From the NCBI GenBank assembly GCA_035294855.1, contig DATGKD010000259.1, positions 1 through 59,124 of the forward strand: a stretch of 59,124 nt of DNA, written 5' to 3'. The DNA is from Acidimicrobiales bacterium (GTDB taxonomy: Bacteria; Actinomycetota; Acidimicrobiia; Acidimicrobiales; UBA8190). A program made the position numbers and the translations under genes. A model generated the notes under the pieces. It worked only from the letters and a program-made list of their open reading frames with translations. It had not been told where the DNA came from and did not search any database. Shown piece by piece: positions 36,997 to 48,821 of this stretch (position 1 is the first letter of the stretch; the number at the start of each line of letters is the position of its first letter).

Positions 36997-38213
36997 GGAC
37001 GAGCCTCGTGTCGGACCCGCCGAGGACCGGAGCACTCCCGGCATCCGCCCGGCCGGTGTGGGCGGAGGTCGACCTCAGCGCGCTGCGGCACAACGCCTCG
37101 GTGTTGGCCCGTCTGGCGTCGCCGGCGGCTCTGTGCGCAGTCGTGAAGGCCGACGGTTACGGCCACGGGGCCGCTCCGGTGGCGCGCGCCGCGCTCGAGG
37201 GGGGCGCCACCTGGCTGGCGGTGGCGACGGTCGACGAAGGCGTCGAACTCCGCGACGCGGGGATCACCGCGCCGGTGCTCCTGCTCTCCGAGCCCCCGTT
37301 GCCGGCGATGCCCGAGGTGGTGGCGCACCGGCTGACGCCGACGGTGTACACGAAGAGCGGCGTTCGGGCGGTTTCGGACGCGTCGGCGGCGTCCGGCGTC
37401 GTGACCGACGTCCATGTCAAGGCGAACACCGGCATGCACCGGGTGGGCGCGGACGGAGCCGACGTCCTCGGCGTGGTCTCGGCGGTGGCCTCGTCGCCGG
37501 GGCTCCGGTTCGGCGCGCTGTGGACGCACTTCCCGGTGGCCGACGGCGTGTCCGAGGACGACCGCCTGTTCACCGAGGGGCAACTCGCCCAACTGGCAGG
37601 GCTGCGCGTCGCCCTCGAGGCGGCTGGTATGCCCCCGCCCATGGTCCACGCCGCCAATTCCGCGGCCACCGGCGCGTACCCGGGTTCTCGTCTGGACATG
37701 GTGCGTTGCGGGATCGCCCTGTACGGCGTCGTCCCCGCACCTGCCATGCGTTCGGTGTGGGCGCGCGCCCTCGACGAGGCCGGCGCGCCGGCGCTGCGAC
37801 CGGTGTTGTCGTGGCACGCCCGCGTCACCTTGGTGCGCCTGCTCGACGAGGCCGAGCGACCGTCGTACGGACGGCTCGCCCCGCTGCCGGCGCGGTCGTG
37901 GGTGGCGACCGTGCCGCTCGGCTACGCCGACGGCGTGCCCCGCCGCTACTTCAGCGCCGGCGGCACGGTGCTCTTGGGCGGCACGCGGCGGCCGCTCGCC
38001 GGGATGGTCACCATGGACCAGATCGTGGTGGACTGCGGGGTGGACGAGGGGGTGTCGGTGGGGGATCACGTGGTGCTGATCGGCGAGCAGGACGGTGCGT
38101 CGCTCACGACCGAGGAGTGGGCGGAGACCCTCGGCACGATCGCGCACGAGGTGTTCTGCGCCATCGGCCGACGCGTCCCGCGCGTGATCGTCGGTGGAGG
38201 GGGAAACAGATGA
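36993..38213 (+). CDS. alr: Alanine racemase
   Basis: 'AVVKADGYGHGA' (PLP lysine) and 'PLGYADGVPR'. GTG 36993 overlaps the nnr stop; GTG 37008 is an alternative. Confidence 0.9.
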   Translation: MRTSLVSDPPRTGALPASARPVWAEVDLSALRHNASVLARLASPAALCAVVKADGYGHGAAPVARAALEGGATWLAVATVDEGVELRDAGITAPVLLLSEPPLPAMPEVVAHRLTPTVYTKSGVRAVSDASAASGVVTDVHVKANTGMHRVGADGADVLGVVSAVASSPGLRFGALWTHFPVADGVSEDDRLFTEGQLAQLAGLRVALEAAGMPPPMVHAANSAATGAYPGSRLDMVRCGIALYGVVPAPAMRSVWARALDEAGAPALRPVLSWHARVTLVRLLDEAERPSYGRLAPLPARSWVATVPLGYADGVPRRYFSAGGTVLLGGTRRPLAGMVTMDQIVVDCGVDEGVSVGDHVVLIGEQDGASLTTEEWAETLGTIAHEVFCAIGRRVPRVIVGGGGNR

Positions 38214-39301
38214 GTGCGGATCCCCCCCGACGCGGGCACCGGCGCCTGCTCGCCGGCATCCTGGGCGTGGCAGCTTCCACCGTCACCGCGGGGTACGTGG
38301 CCCAGCACCGCGTCGTCGCCAGGACGCGCGCCGCGGCGGAGGACGAGGCCGAGGGTCTCACGCTGCCCGACGACGTCACGCGCACCGTCGTCGAGACCGA
38401 CGACGGAGGACAGATCCACGTCCTCGAACGAGGGCACGGCCCCGCGCTCGTGCTCCTCCACGGCTTCATGCTGAGCGGCGCGATCTGGGCGCACCAGCTG
38501 CGCGATCTGGCGGGGGGCCACCGGGTGATCGCCGTGGAACTGCGGGGCCACGGCCGGTCCGTGCCCGGCACGGCACGATTCGACGTGAGCCCGGACGGCG
38601 AGGAGTCCGGGTCAGTGGTCGCCGGGGCCCGAATGGCCGCGGCGCAGCAGGGGGCCCCGGCCATCCGGCGAATGGCGATGGACGTGCGCCAGGTGCTCGA
38701 CCGCCTCGGTGTGGAGCGTGCCGTCTTGGTGGGTCACTCCATGGGAGGCATGGTCGCCCTGCAGCTCCTCCACGACCTGCCGGGTGCCGAGTTGGACCGC
38801 AGGGTGGTGGGCCTCGTGCTCGTCTCCACGACGGCGGGCCCGTTCTCGCGCCTCCCCGGCTACTCCGGTGTTGTGCGCCTCGCCGGTCCGGCCTCGGCAC
38901 GGGCGATCGGGCTGGCCGACCGCTTTGGGGCCCGGTTCGTGCCCTCGCAGGACCTGCGGTGGTGGCTCACCCGGGCGGGCTTCGGTCCCGACACCCCGGC
39001 GGCGCTGGTGCGCTTCATCGAGAGCGTGCAGCTCGCGACGCCGGCGGGGACGCTGCCGGACCTCGTCCCCTCCGTGGCGGCGTTCGACCTCTCCCGCTGG
39101 ATCGGCACCCTGGACCTGCCGGTGCTCGTGCTCGTGGGATCGCATGATCACCTCACGCCGCCGCGCCACGCGTGGCGGACCGCAGGAGCGTTGCCACGCG
39201 CCGAAGTCGTGGAGCTCCCCCGTTGCGGGCACATGCCGATGCTCGAACGCCGGCGGGAGTTCGGCCGCCTCGTCGACGAGTTCTCCGCCAAGGTTCGCTG
39301 A
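38210..39301 (+). CDS. Alpha/beta hydrolase fold protein with an N-terminal membrane anchor
   Basis: 'LVLLHGF', nucleophile elbow 'GHSMGG', C-terminal 'CGHMPMLE'. ATGA overlap with alr. Confidence 0.85.
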   Translation: MSADPPRRGHRRLLAGILGVAASTVTAGYVAQHRVVARTRAAAEDEAEGLTLPDDVTRTVVETDDGGQIHVLERGHGPALVLLHGFMLSGAIWAHQLRDLAGGHRVIAVELRGHGRSVPGTARFDVSPDGEESGSVVAGARMAAAQQGAPAIRRMAMDVRQVLDRLGVERAVLVGHSMGGMVALQLLHDLPGAELDRRVVGLVLVSTTAGPFSRLPGYSGVVRLAGPASARAIGLADRFGARFVPSQDLRWWLTRAGFGPDTPAALVRFIESVQLATPAGTLPDLVPSVAAFDLSRWIGTLDLPVLVLVGSHDHLTPPRHAWRTAGALPRAEVVELPRCGHMPMLERRREFGRLVDEFSAKVR

Positions 39302-39371
39302 CCTCGACAGAGCGCCGCCCGGCGGCGTGCCCCGGCGGTGTGCCGGAGGAGCGCCGCTACCATCGACCGAC

Positions 39372-39959
39372 GTGGGCACGCTGGCCGAGCTTCGGACGGA
39401 GGCCCTGGCCTGCACGCGCTGCGCGCTGGCGTCCACCCGCACGCAAGTCGTGTTCGGCGTGGGCGACCCGTCGGCGGGCCTCATGTTCGTCGGCGAGGGG
39501 CCGGGTCGCGACGAAGACCTCGCCGGGGAGCCGTTCGTGGGCCGCTCCGGGAAGCTGCTCGACAAGCTCATGCGCCAGGAGATCGGCATCGACCGCAGCC
39601 GCTGTTACATCGCCAACGTCGTGAAATGCCGGCCTCCGGGCAACCGGGACCCGCATCCCGACGAGATCGCGTCGTGCCGCCCGTACCTCGACGCGCAGTT
39701 GGCGATGATCGCCCCCAACGTGGTCGTGACGCTCGGGAACTTCGCCACCCGGCTGCTGCTCGAGACGTCGGAGGGCATCCGCCGCCTGCGTGGGCGCGCG
39801 TATCCCTTCGGTCGCGGCCACCTCGTTCCGACCTATCACCCCGCGGCCGCGTTGCGCGGTGGTGCGGAGGTGGTGGCCGAGATGCGCGCCGACTTCGTGC
39901 GGGCCAAGCGGCTCCTCGAGCAGCACCAGGGGGCTCGCGTCGAGGTCGGTGAGCGGTGA
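39372..39959 (+). CDS. Uracil-DNA glycosylase, family 4 (Fe-S type)
   Basis: '[23 protein letters not shown]' and 'TYHPAAALR'. Cys residues at CTRC, VKC and SCR. GTG start. Confidence 0.85.
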   Translation: MGTLAELRTEALACTRCALASTRTQVVFGVGDPSAGLMFVGEGPGRDEDLAGEPFVGRSGKLLDKLMRQEIGIDRSRCYIANVVKCRPPGNRDPHPDEIASCRPYLDAQLAMIAPNVVVTLGNFATRLLLETSEGIRRLRGRAYPFGRGHLVPTYHPAAALRGGAEVVAEMRADFVRAKRLLEQHQGARVEVGER

Positions 39960-40585
39960 CGACGCCCACCGAGGGTGGAGCGGTCGTCGAGCCGACGTCG
40001 ACGTCGGCGGCCGCGTCGGTGACGCTGCGGACGTCGTCGGCCGAGGCCACGCGCGCGCTGGGGTCGGCGTTCGCCGGCATCCTCTGTGCCGGTGACGTCG
40101 TGCTGGTGGCGGGCGAGCTGGGAGCCGGGAAGACCACCTTCGTGCAAGGCGTCGCCGCGGGCCTGGGCGTCGCCGACCACGTGACGAGCCCGACGTTCAC
40201 GCTGGTGCGCCCGTATGCGTGCGACGCACCACGCGACGACAGGGTGGTCGACGGCGCGCCCGTGCGGGTGCTCCTCCACGCCGACCTGTACCGGCTCGAT
40301 CGCGTGGCCGAGGTGGTCGACCTCGCCCTCGGCGAGCTCGTCGAGGAGGAGGCGGTGGCCGTCGTCGAGTGGGGCGACGTCGCGGAGCCCGTCCTCGGCC
40401 GCCACGCCCTGCGCGTGGCCCTGCGATCCGGGTCGACGGAGGACGAGCGGCTCGTCACCGTGGACGCCGAAGGAATCGCCGAACCCCGGCGCACCGACAT
40501 CGACGCGCGCATGCGCGCCTGGACCGACGACAACCGGCCCGTGGACACGAATTTCCCGGGCACAACGGCGACGAGGGTCCGGTGA
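39956..40585 (+). CDS. tsaE: tRNA t6A37 biosynthesis ATPase TsaE
   Basis: 'GELGAGKTTFVQG' and 'SPTFTLV'. GTGA overlap with the upstream stop. Confidence 0.88.
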   Translation: MTTPTEGGAVVEPTSTSAAASVTLRTSSAEATRALGSAFAGILCAGDVVLVAGELGAGKTTFVQGVAAGLGVADHVTSPTFTLVRPYACDAPRDDRVVDGAPVRVLLHADLYRLDRVAEVVDLALGELVEEEAVAVVEWGDVAEPVLGRHALRVALRSGSTEDERLVTVDAEGIAEPRRTDIDARMRAWTDDNRPVDTNFPGTTATRVR

Positions 40586-41355
40586 CGCGAACGACGACGG
40601 CAGACAGGACCGTCGTGCTCGCTCTCGAGTCGGCCACCGACGTCGCCGGTGTCGCCCTGGCGGATGCCACGGGCACGCTGGCGTCGGTGAGCTCGGGGGT
40701 GCGACGGCGCCACGCCGAGACGATCGTTCCCGCGGTCGACTTCGTGTGCCGCATGGCGAACGTGGAGCTGGCATCGATCCGTGCCGTGGCCGTCGACGTC
40801 GGGCCCGGCCTGTTCACCGGGCTGCGGGTGGGGGTGGCGAGCGCCAAGGCGTTCGCGTTCGCCTTGGGTGTGCCGGTCGTGACGGCGACGAGCCTGGAGC
40901 TGCTCGCCCGGGCGGCGGCGGACGCCGTCGTGGTGCAGGAGGCGACGGTCGTCTCCGTCGTCGACGCACGGCGTGGCGAGCTGTTCGTGCAGTTCTTCCG
41001 GCCGGGGCCGGACGGCGTGGAGCCCGTGGGCGACGCCACCCGGCAGACGCCCGAGGGGCTGGCTGCGGCACTGCGCGCCGTCGGTGAGCCGGCCGTGGTC
41101 GTGGGAGACGGGGCATGTCGTTACGAGCCGGTCCTGCGGGGGATCCCCGGGACGACCGTGGCCGGGGCCGTCCTGGCGCATCCGCCGGTGGCCGGGCTCG
41201 CCGCGCTCGGCGTGGCTCGAGCCGACAAGGGCGATGTCCGCGACGGCGCGTCGGTGGTGCCGTGGTACTTGCGCGACGCGGACACCCGTATCAACTGGGA
41301 GCGCCGGGCGCGGAGACCGGCGCCCGGTGAGGTGACACCCGAGGCGGTGGTCTGA
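40582..41355 (+). CDS. tsaB: tRNA t6A37 biosynthesis protein TsaB
   Basis: 'VLALESATDVAGVAL' and 'AVDVGPGLFTGLRVG'. GTGA overlap with tsaE. Confidence 0.88.
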   Translation: MTRTTTADRTVVLALESATDVAGVALADATGTLASVSSGVRRRHAETIVPAVDFVCRMANVELASIRAVAVDVGPGLFTGLRVGVASAKAFAFALGVPVVTATSLELLARAAADAVVVQEATVVSVVDARRGELFVQFFRPGPDGVEPVGDATRQTPEGLAAALRAVGEPAVVVGDGACRYEPVLRGIPGTTVAGAVLAHPPVAGLAALGVARADKGDVRDGASVVPWYLRDADTRINWERRARRPAPGEVTPEAVV

Positions 41356-41356
41356 G

Positions 41357-41947
41357 GTGCCCGACGCCATGTGGGAACCGGACGACGCGCTGTCGGGGCT
41401 CGCCGGAGACGGCGTTCCGGCGCGCACCGACGACGTCACCGCGGCGGTGCGGCTGACGCCCCTGCGGCGTCGGCATCTGCGTGCGGTGGTCCGTATCGAA
41501 GAGCAGTGCTACCCGAGACCGTGGTCGGCGACCTTGTTCCTCTCGGAGATCGCGCAGCGGACGTCGCGCCGCTACACGGTGGCGACCATCGGTCCGCTCG
41601 TCGTGGGGTACTGCGGGCTCATGATCGTGGGTGACGAGGGCCACATCACCACGGTCACCGTCGACCCGGCCTGGCACCGCCGGGGGATCGGCACGCTCAT
41701 GCTCCTCGACACCGCCCGAGCCGCCCCCGGCCACGGGGTGCGCCACCTGACCCTCGAGGTCCGCGTGTCGAACGCTCCCGCGCAGGTGCTCTACCGCCGC
41801 TTCGGGTTCGCTCCCGTCGGGGTACGCAAGAACTACTACGCGGAGACCGGCGAGGACGCCATCGTCATGTGGGCGCGCGACATCGACACCGACGAGTACG
41901 CCCGGCGACTCGAGCGCATCGACGAGCGGGTCCGGTCGGCACGATGA
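41357..41947 (+). CDS. rimI: Ribosomal-protein-alanine N-acetyltransferase (GNAT)
   Basis: 'ITTVTVDPAWHRRGIGTLML' and 'LEVRVSNAPAQVLYRRFGF'. Confidence 0.85.
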   Translation: MPDAMWEPDDALSGLAGDGVPARTDDVTAAVRLTPLRRRHLRAVVRIEEQCYPRPWSATLFLSEIAQRTSRRYTVATIGPLVVGYCGLMIVGDEGHITTVTVDPAWHRRGIGTLMLLDTARAAPGHGVRHLTLEVRVSNAPAQVLYRRFGFAPVGVRKNYYAETGEDAIVMWARDIDTDEYARRLERIDERVRSAR

Positions 41948-42957
41948 CCGACCCGGGCTCGCCGGTGCTCGGCATCGAGACGTCGTGTGACGAAACGGCG
42001 GCTGCCGTCGTGGGTGGCGACGCGAGCGTGCGGTCGTCGGTCGTGGCCAGCCAGATCGAGGTCCACGCGGCGTACGGAGGCGTCGTTCCCGAGCTCGCCG
42101 GCCGTGCCCACCTCGAAATGCTGATGCCGGTCGTGGACGAGGCCATCCGGCGCGCCGACGTGCGCCCGGCGGACCTCGGTGCGGTCGCCGCCACCGTCGG
42201 CCCGGGGCTCGTCGGGTCGCTGCTCGTCGGCGTGAGCGCGGCCAAGGCGCTCGCGCTCACCTGGCGCACGCCGTTCGTGGGGGTGAACCACCTCGAAGGC
42301 CACCTCTTCGCCGCCCTGCTCGACCATCCCGGCATCGACTGGCCCGTCACCGTGCTCCTCGTGTCCGGCGGCCACACGCTGTTGGTGTCCATGCAGGGCC
42401 CCGGTCGCTACCGCCTTCTCGGGCAGACCCTCGACGACGCCGCCGGCGAGGCCTTCGACAAGGTGGCGCGCTTCTTGGAGCTCGGCTACCCGGGCGGCCC
42501 GGCCATCGAGCGGGCCGCCGAGACGGGAGACCCGACGGCCTTCGCGTTCCCGCGGGCCATGGCATCCGACGGCCTCGACGTCTCCTTCAGCGGCCTCAAG
42601 ACCGCTGTCGTCCACGCCGTGCGGAAGCAGCCCGGGGCCACCGACAGCGACGTGGCCGCCTCGTTCCAGGAGGCCGTGGTGGACGTGCTCGTGGCCAAGA
42701 CCCTGCGCGCCGCCCACGTCAGCGGGGCGCGCGGCGTGTGCCTGGCGGGCGGGGTGGCGGCGAACGGCCGCCTGCGGTCGCTCCTGACCGACGCCTGCGC
42801 CCAGGCCGCCTTGCCCCTGTACCTGCCGAGCCGGGCCATGTGCACCGACAACGCGGCGATGATCGCCGCCGCCGGCACATGGCAGCTCGAGCACCTCGGC
42901 CCGAGCTCGCTCGGGCTGGGCGCCGACCCGAACCTCCGGCTGGCCTTCGTGGCCTGA
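41944..42957 (+). CDS. tsaD: tRNA N6-adenosine threonylcarbamoyltransferase TsaD
   Basis: 'VLGIETSCDETAAAVV' and 'GVNHLEGH'. ATGA overlap with rimI. Confidence 0.95.
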   Translation: MTDPGSPVLGIETSCDETAAAVVGGDASVRSSVVASQIEVHAAYGGVVPELAGRAHLEMLMPVVDEAIRRADVRPADLGAVAATVGPGLVGSLLVGVSAAKALALTWRTPFVGVNHLEGHLFAALLDHPGIDWPVTVLLVSGGHTLLVSMQGPGRYRLLGQTLDDAAGEAFDKVARFLELGYPGGPAIERAAETGDPTAFAFPRAMASDGLDVSFSGLKTAVVHAVRKQPGATDSDVAASFQEAVVDVLVAKTLRAAHVSGARGVCLAGGVAANGRLRSLLTDACAQAALPLYLPSRAMCTDNAAMIAAAGTWQLEHLGPSSLGLGADPNLRLAFVA

Positions 42958-42975
42958 ATCCGCGCCGGCGCGCGG

Positions 42976-43004
42976 TTGCCCGGGCGGGGTGCGCCCGCTA
43001 TCGT
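42976..43004 (+). promoter_or_regulatory. Candidate groES promoter
   Basis: TTGCCC-N17-TATCGT. The -10 abuts or overlaps the CIRCE element, which is the usual arrangement for HrcA-controlled promoters. Confidence 0.45.
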
Positions 43005-43030
43005 TAGCACTCGCAAGGTTTGAGTGCTAA
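43004..43030. promoter_or_regulatory. CIRCE operator (HrcA binding site)
   Basis: TTAGCACTC-gcaaggttt-GAGTGCTAA exactly matches the consensus TTAGCACTC-N9-GAGTGCTAA, 25 nt upstream of the groES ATG. Confidence 0.92.
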
Positions 43031-43054
43031 CAGCCCACAGGAGGCTCCCCTGCC

Positions 43055-45012
<1,958 letters not shown>

Positions 45013-45016
45013 CCGG

Positions 45017-45039
45017 CCGGCCCGCGTGACGCGGGCCGG
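45017..45039 (+). terminator. GC hairpin after groEL (10-bp perfect stem, 3-nt loop; no U-tract)
   Basis: CCGGCCCGCG-TGA-CGCGGGCCGG begins 5 nt after the groEL stop. Confidence 0.5.
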
Positions 45040-45157
45040 GTGGCCATCTCCGGTCCCGAGACCGGTCGTGGCGATCGATTCACGCTGCCAAGAGCGAAGG
45101 CCTACGGCGTGACCCGCCGCGGAAGGTCCGTCGCGCCGGCCCGGTAGCTTCCGGAGC

Positions 45158-45913
45158 GTGGACGTCCCCGCCGTTTCCGGACGCCGCCACGCGGGGAGGC
45201 AGGTCATTCCGAGGCCGGCGGACGCGGCGCCCGGGCGGCCCGCCCCGTGGGGGGCGCTCCCCGTGGAGCTCCGACGGGGCATTCGCCTGGCGCCGCTCGC
45301 GGCTGCGGTGGCGGCGCACCATCGTGCGCTCGAGTCGTCCGAGCGCGTCACCTTCGACGAGCTCCGCGACCCCGGCGCGCCGGCCGGAGTGCTCGTCCCG
45401 CTGTTCGAGGAGGCCGGCGAGGCGCGCGTCGTCCTCACGCGGCGGGCCGCGCACCTTCGGACCCATACGGGCGAAGTGAGCTTCCCCGGGGGGCGGCTCG
45501 AGCCTGGGGAGTCGCCCGAGGACGGGGCGCGCCGCGAGGCCGCCGAGGAGGTGGGGCTCGACCCGGCGTCCGTCGAGGTGGTCGGCCGCCTCACGCCGTT
45601 GGCGACCTTTTCGTCCCGCTCCGCGATCACCCCCGTCGTGGGGCTGCTCGCCGCCCGGCCACAGCTCGTTCCCAATCCCCACGAGGTGGAGCGCGTGTTC
45701 GACGTCGCCCTGGCGGAGTTGGCGGCGGACGGCGTGTTCCGCGAGGAGCGATGGGTGCTCCCCGGGGCGATCCGCACGCGCTCCGCGCGTCCGCTGCCCG
45801 CGGACGACGACGGCGGCTTCCCGATGTGGTTCTTCGAGGTCGACGAGGACACGGTGTGGGGCGCGACCGCGCGCATGCTGGTCGAGCTCCTTCGCCTCGC
45901 GCTGGGCTGTTGA
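45158..45913 (+). CDS. Nudix hydrolase, CoA pyrophosphatase-like
   Basis: 'LTRRAAHLRTHTGEVSFPGGRLEPGESPEDGARREAAEEVGL' combines a Nudix box with the upstream LTxR..R...G...FPGG motif typical of CoA pyrophosphatases. The start (GTG) is uncertain. Confidence 0.75.
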   Translation: MDVPAVSGRRHAGRQVIPRPADAAPGRPAPWGALPVELRRGIRLAPLAAAVAAHHRALESSERVTFDELRDPGAPAGVLVPLFEEAGEARVVLTRRAAHLRTHTGEVSFPGGRLEPGESPEDGARREAAEEVGLDPASVEVVGRLTPLATFSSRSAITPVVGLLAARPQLVPNPHEVERVFDVALAELAADGVFREERWVLPGAIRTRSARPLPADDDGGFPMWFFEVDEDTVWGATARMLVELLRLALGC

Positions 45914-46069
45914 CCGCCCTCACCAGGACGTCTGTGTGGAACGCGAGCGAGGCGACGAGACCGCCAGCACGAGCGCGGATGGACCCGGGGCGGCGAGGGT
46001 CGGACGGTATCGTGGGGGATGCCGCGGGCGGCGGTAGCGGGCCCACCACACCGTGCAGGAGGCAGCCAG

Positions 46070-47233
46070 GTGGCTGAGATCGAGATCGGCATCTACAAGT
46101 CGGGGCGCCGTGCCTACGGCCTCGACGACATCGCCATCGTGCCGAGCCGCCGGACGCGCGACCCCGAGGATGTCGACATCTCCTGGGAGATCGACGCCTT
46201 CCGCTTCGACCTCCCCCTCATGGCCGCGGCCATGGACGGGGTGGTGAGCCCCCGCACCGCCATCGAGATCGGACGCCTCGGCGGCCTCGCGGTGCTGAAC
46301 CTCGAAGGGCTCTGGACGCGCTACGAGGAGCCCGAGTTGCTCTTCGACGAGATCGCCGAGCTCGACGACGACAAGGCCACCGCGCGGATGCAGCAGATGT
46401 ACCTCGAGCCGGTCAAGCCGGACCTCGTGACACAGCGCATCCGCGAGATCAAGTCCGCCGGCGTCGTGTCGTGCGCCTCCGTGACGCCGCAGCGCACGAC
46501 CGAGCTCGCCTCCGCCATCCTGGCGGGAGAGCTGGACCTGCTCGTCATCCAGGGCACTGTCGTCTCCGCCGAGCACGTTTCGAAGACCGTCGAGCCACTC
46601 AACCTGAAGAAGTTCATCCGCTCGTTCGACCTTCCGGTCATCGTGGGAGGGTGCGCCTCGTACCAGGCCGCCCTGCACCTCATGCGCACCGGGGCAGTGG
46701 GTGTGCTCGTCGGCGTGGGCCCGGGCAACGCGTGCACGACGCGCGGCGTGCTCGGCCTCGGGGTTCCCCAGGCGACCGCCATCGCTGACGTGGCGGGGGC
46801 CCGCATGCGCCACCTCGACGAGACCGGTGTGTACGTGCACGTCATCGCGGACGGCGGCATGAGTCGCGGCGGTGACGTCGCCAAGGCGATCGCGTGCGGC
46901 GCGGATGCCGTCATGCTCGGATCGCCGTTGTCGTCGGCCGAAGAGGCCCCGTGCCGCGGCTTCCACTGGGGCATGGCCACGTTCCACCCGACGCTCCCGC
47001 GGGGCACCCGCGTGCGGACCACGGTGCGGGGCTCGCTGAAGGAGATCCTCCTCGGTCCGGCCCACGAGAACGACGGTCGCATGAACCTGTTCGGGGCCCT
47101 GCGCGCCGCCATGGCCACGTGCGGCTACGAGTCGGTGAAGGAATTCCAGAAGGCCGAGGTCATGGTGGCCCCCGCGCTGCAGACCGAGGGCAAGGCCCTA
47201 CAGCGAGCGCAGGGCGTGGGGATGGGGCACTGA
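46070..47233 (+). CDS. guaB3: GuaB3-type IMP dehydrogenase-related protein (no CBS pair)
   Basis: The GTG at 46070 follows AGGAGG. '[17 protein letters not shown]' and '[28 protein letters not shown]'. Confidence 0.82.
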   Translation: MAEIEIGIYKSGRRAYGLDDIAIVPSRRTRDPEDVDISWEIDAFRFDLPLMAAAMDGVVSPRTAIEIGRLGGLAVLNLEGLWTRYEEPELLFDEIAELDDDKATARMQQMYLEPVKPDLVTQRIREIKSAGVVSCASVTPQRTTELASAILAGELDLLVIQGTVVSAEHVSKTVEPLNLKKFIRSFDLPVIVGGCASYQAALHLMRTGAVGVLVGVGPGNACTTRGVLGLGVPQATAIADVAGARMRHLDETGVYVHVIADGGMSRGGDVAKAIACGADAVMLGSPLSSAEEAPCRGFHWGMATFHPTLPRGTRVRTTVRGSLKEILLGPAHENDGRMNLFGALRAAMATCGYESVKEFQKAEVMVAPALQTEGKALQRAQGVGMGH

Positions 47234-47279
47234 CGCCCCGTCGCCGTTCCCGCCCGCCGCCGTCTCCGAAACCGCTCCG

Positions 47280-48821
47280 TTGACCGACCCGTCTGACACC
47301 GTTCTCGTCGTCGACTTCGGCGCGCAGTACGCGCAGCTGATCGCGCGGCGCGTGCGACAGGCGCGGGTCTACTCGGAGATCGTCGCCTACGACACACCGG
47401 CGGCCGAGCTCCTGGCGCGTCGGCCCAAGGGGATCATCTTCTCCGGCGGTCCGCAGTCGGTGTACGCCGACTGGGCCCCGAGCGTCGACCCCGGCGTCTA
47501 CGAGGCCGGCGTCCCCATCCTGGGTATCTGCTACGGGGCGCAGCTGCTCACCAGGCAGCTCGGTGGCACCGTGACGCGCACCGGCCGGGGCGAGTACGGG
47601 CGCACCGCGCTCACGCGCAGCGGGCCCTGGCCGTTGTTCGCCGACTGGCCGCCGGGGCCGGCGGACGTGTGGATGAGCCATGCCGACTCCATCACCGGTG
47701 TGCCGTCGGGGTTCGTCGCCACCGCGTCGACGCCCGACGCGCCGGTGGCGGCTCTGGGCGACGACGGGCGGAGGATCTACGGCGTCCAGTTCCACCCCGA
47801 AGTGGTCCACACCGAGCGGGGCCAGGAACTGCTCGAGCGGTTCCTGTTCGACGTGTGCGGGGCCCGCCCGCTGTGGACCCACACCAACATCATCGACTCG
47901 GCTCTCTCCGACATCCGGGAACAGGTCGGCACGGCGAAGGTCCTGTGCGCGCTGTCGGGTGGCGTGGACTCCGCGGTGGCGGCCGCGCTCGTGCACCGAG
48001 CCGTGGGCGACCAGCTGACCTGCGTCTTCGTGGACACCGGGCTCATGCGCGCCGGTGAGGCCGAGCAGGTGGAGGAGACCTTTCGCCGGCAGTTCCACAT
48101 GGACCTCGTGCACGTCAAGGCGGCCGACCGCTTCTTTTCGGTCCTGCGCGGCCTCACCGATCCGGAGGAGAAGCGCAAGGCGATCGGTGAGACGTTCATC
48201 CGTGTCTTCGAGGAAGTGGCCTCGGACGTGGCGGGCGCGCGCTTCCTGGTGCAGGGGACGCTCTACCCCGACATCATCGAATCGGGGACGCGTGACGCGG
48301 CGGTGATCAAGTCGCACCACAACGTGGGTGGCCTCCCTGCCGACATGGCGTTCGATCTCATCGAGCCGTTGCGCCTGTTGTTCAAGGACGAGGTGCGCGC
48401 CGTAGGCGAGGAGCTCGGGTTGCCCGAGGAGATCGTGTGGCGGCAGCCGTTCCCCGGCCCGGGCCTGGCGGTCCGCATCATCGGCGAGGTCACCCCCGTT
48501 CGGGCGGAGATCCTGCGCAACGCGGACGCCATCGTGCTCGAGGAGGTCCGCCGCGCCGGGCTCTACCGACAGCTGTGGCAGAGCTTCGCCGTCCTGCCCG
48601 CCGTGCGCACCGTGGGCGTCATGGGCGACGGCCGCACCTATGCGTATCCGGTGGTCATCCGGGCGGTGACGTCGGACGACGCCATGACGGCGGACTGGGC
48701 CCGCCTTCCCCACGACCTGCTCGAGCGGCTGTCGTCGCGCATCATCAACGAGGTCGACGGGGTCAACCGCGTGGCCCTGGACATCACGTCCAAGCCGCCG
48801 GGCACCATCGAGTGGGAGTGA
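47280..48821 (+). CDS. guaA: Glutamine-hydrolysing GMP synthase
   Basis: GATase '[10 protein letters not shown]', PP-loop 'ALSGGVDS', C-terminal 'KPPGTIEWE'. TTG start. Confidence 0.96.
   Translation: MTDPSDTVLVVDFGAQYAQLIARRVRQARVYSEIVAYDTPAAELLARRPKGIIFSGGPQSVYADWAPSVDPGVYEAGVPILGICYGAQLLTRQLGGTVTRTGRGEYGRTALTRSGPWPLFADWPPGPADVWMSHADSITGVPSGFVATASTPDAPVAALGDDGRRIYGVQFHPEVVHTERGQELLERFLFDVCGARPLWTHTNIIDSALSDIREQVGTAKVLCALSGGVDSAVAAALVHRAVGDQLTCVFVDTGLMRAGEAEQVEETFRRQFHMDLVHVKAADRFFSVLRGLTDPEEKRKAIGETFIRVFEEVASDVAGARFLVQGTLYPDIIESGTRDAAVIKSHHNVGGLPADMAFDLIEPLRLLFKDEVRAVGEELGLPEEIVWRQPFPGPGLAVRIIGEVTPVRAEILRNADAIVLEEVRRAGLYRQLWQSFAVLPAVRTVGVMGDGRTYAYPVVIRAVTSDDAMTADWARLPHDLLERLSSRIINEVDGVNRVALDITSKPPGTIEWE

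Noticed and set aside
35498-37044. 369-aa and 511-aa minus-strand ORFs rich in Pro/Arg opposite acpS/nnr
   Set aside because: Extreme Pro/Arg/Ala composition, and they overlap motif-bearing + strand genes.
45914-46069. Purine/guanine riboswitch ahead of the guaB3-like and guaA genes
   Set aside because: The 156-nt spacer shows none of the conserved purine-riboswitch loop or junction sequences. A TATCGT hexamer is present but has no convincing -35.
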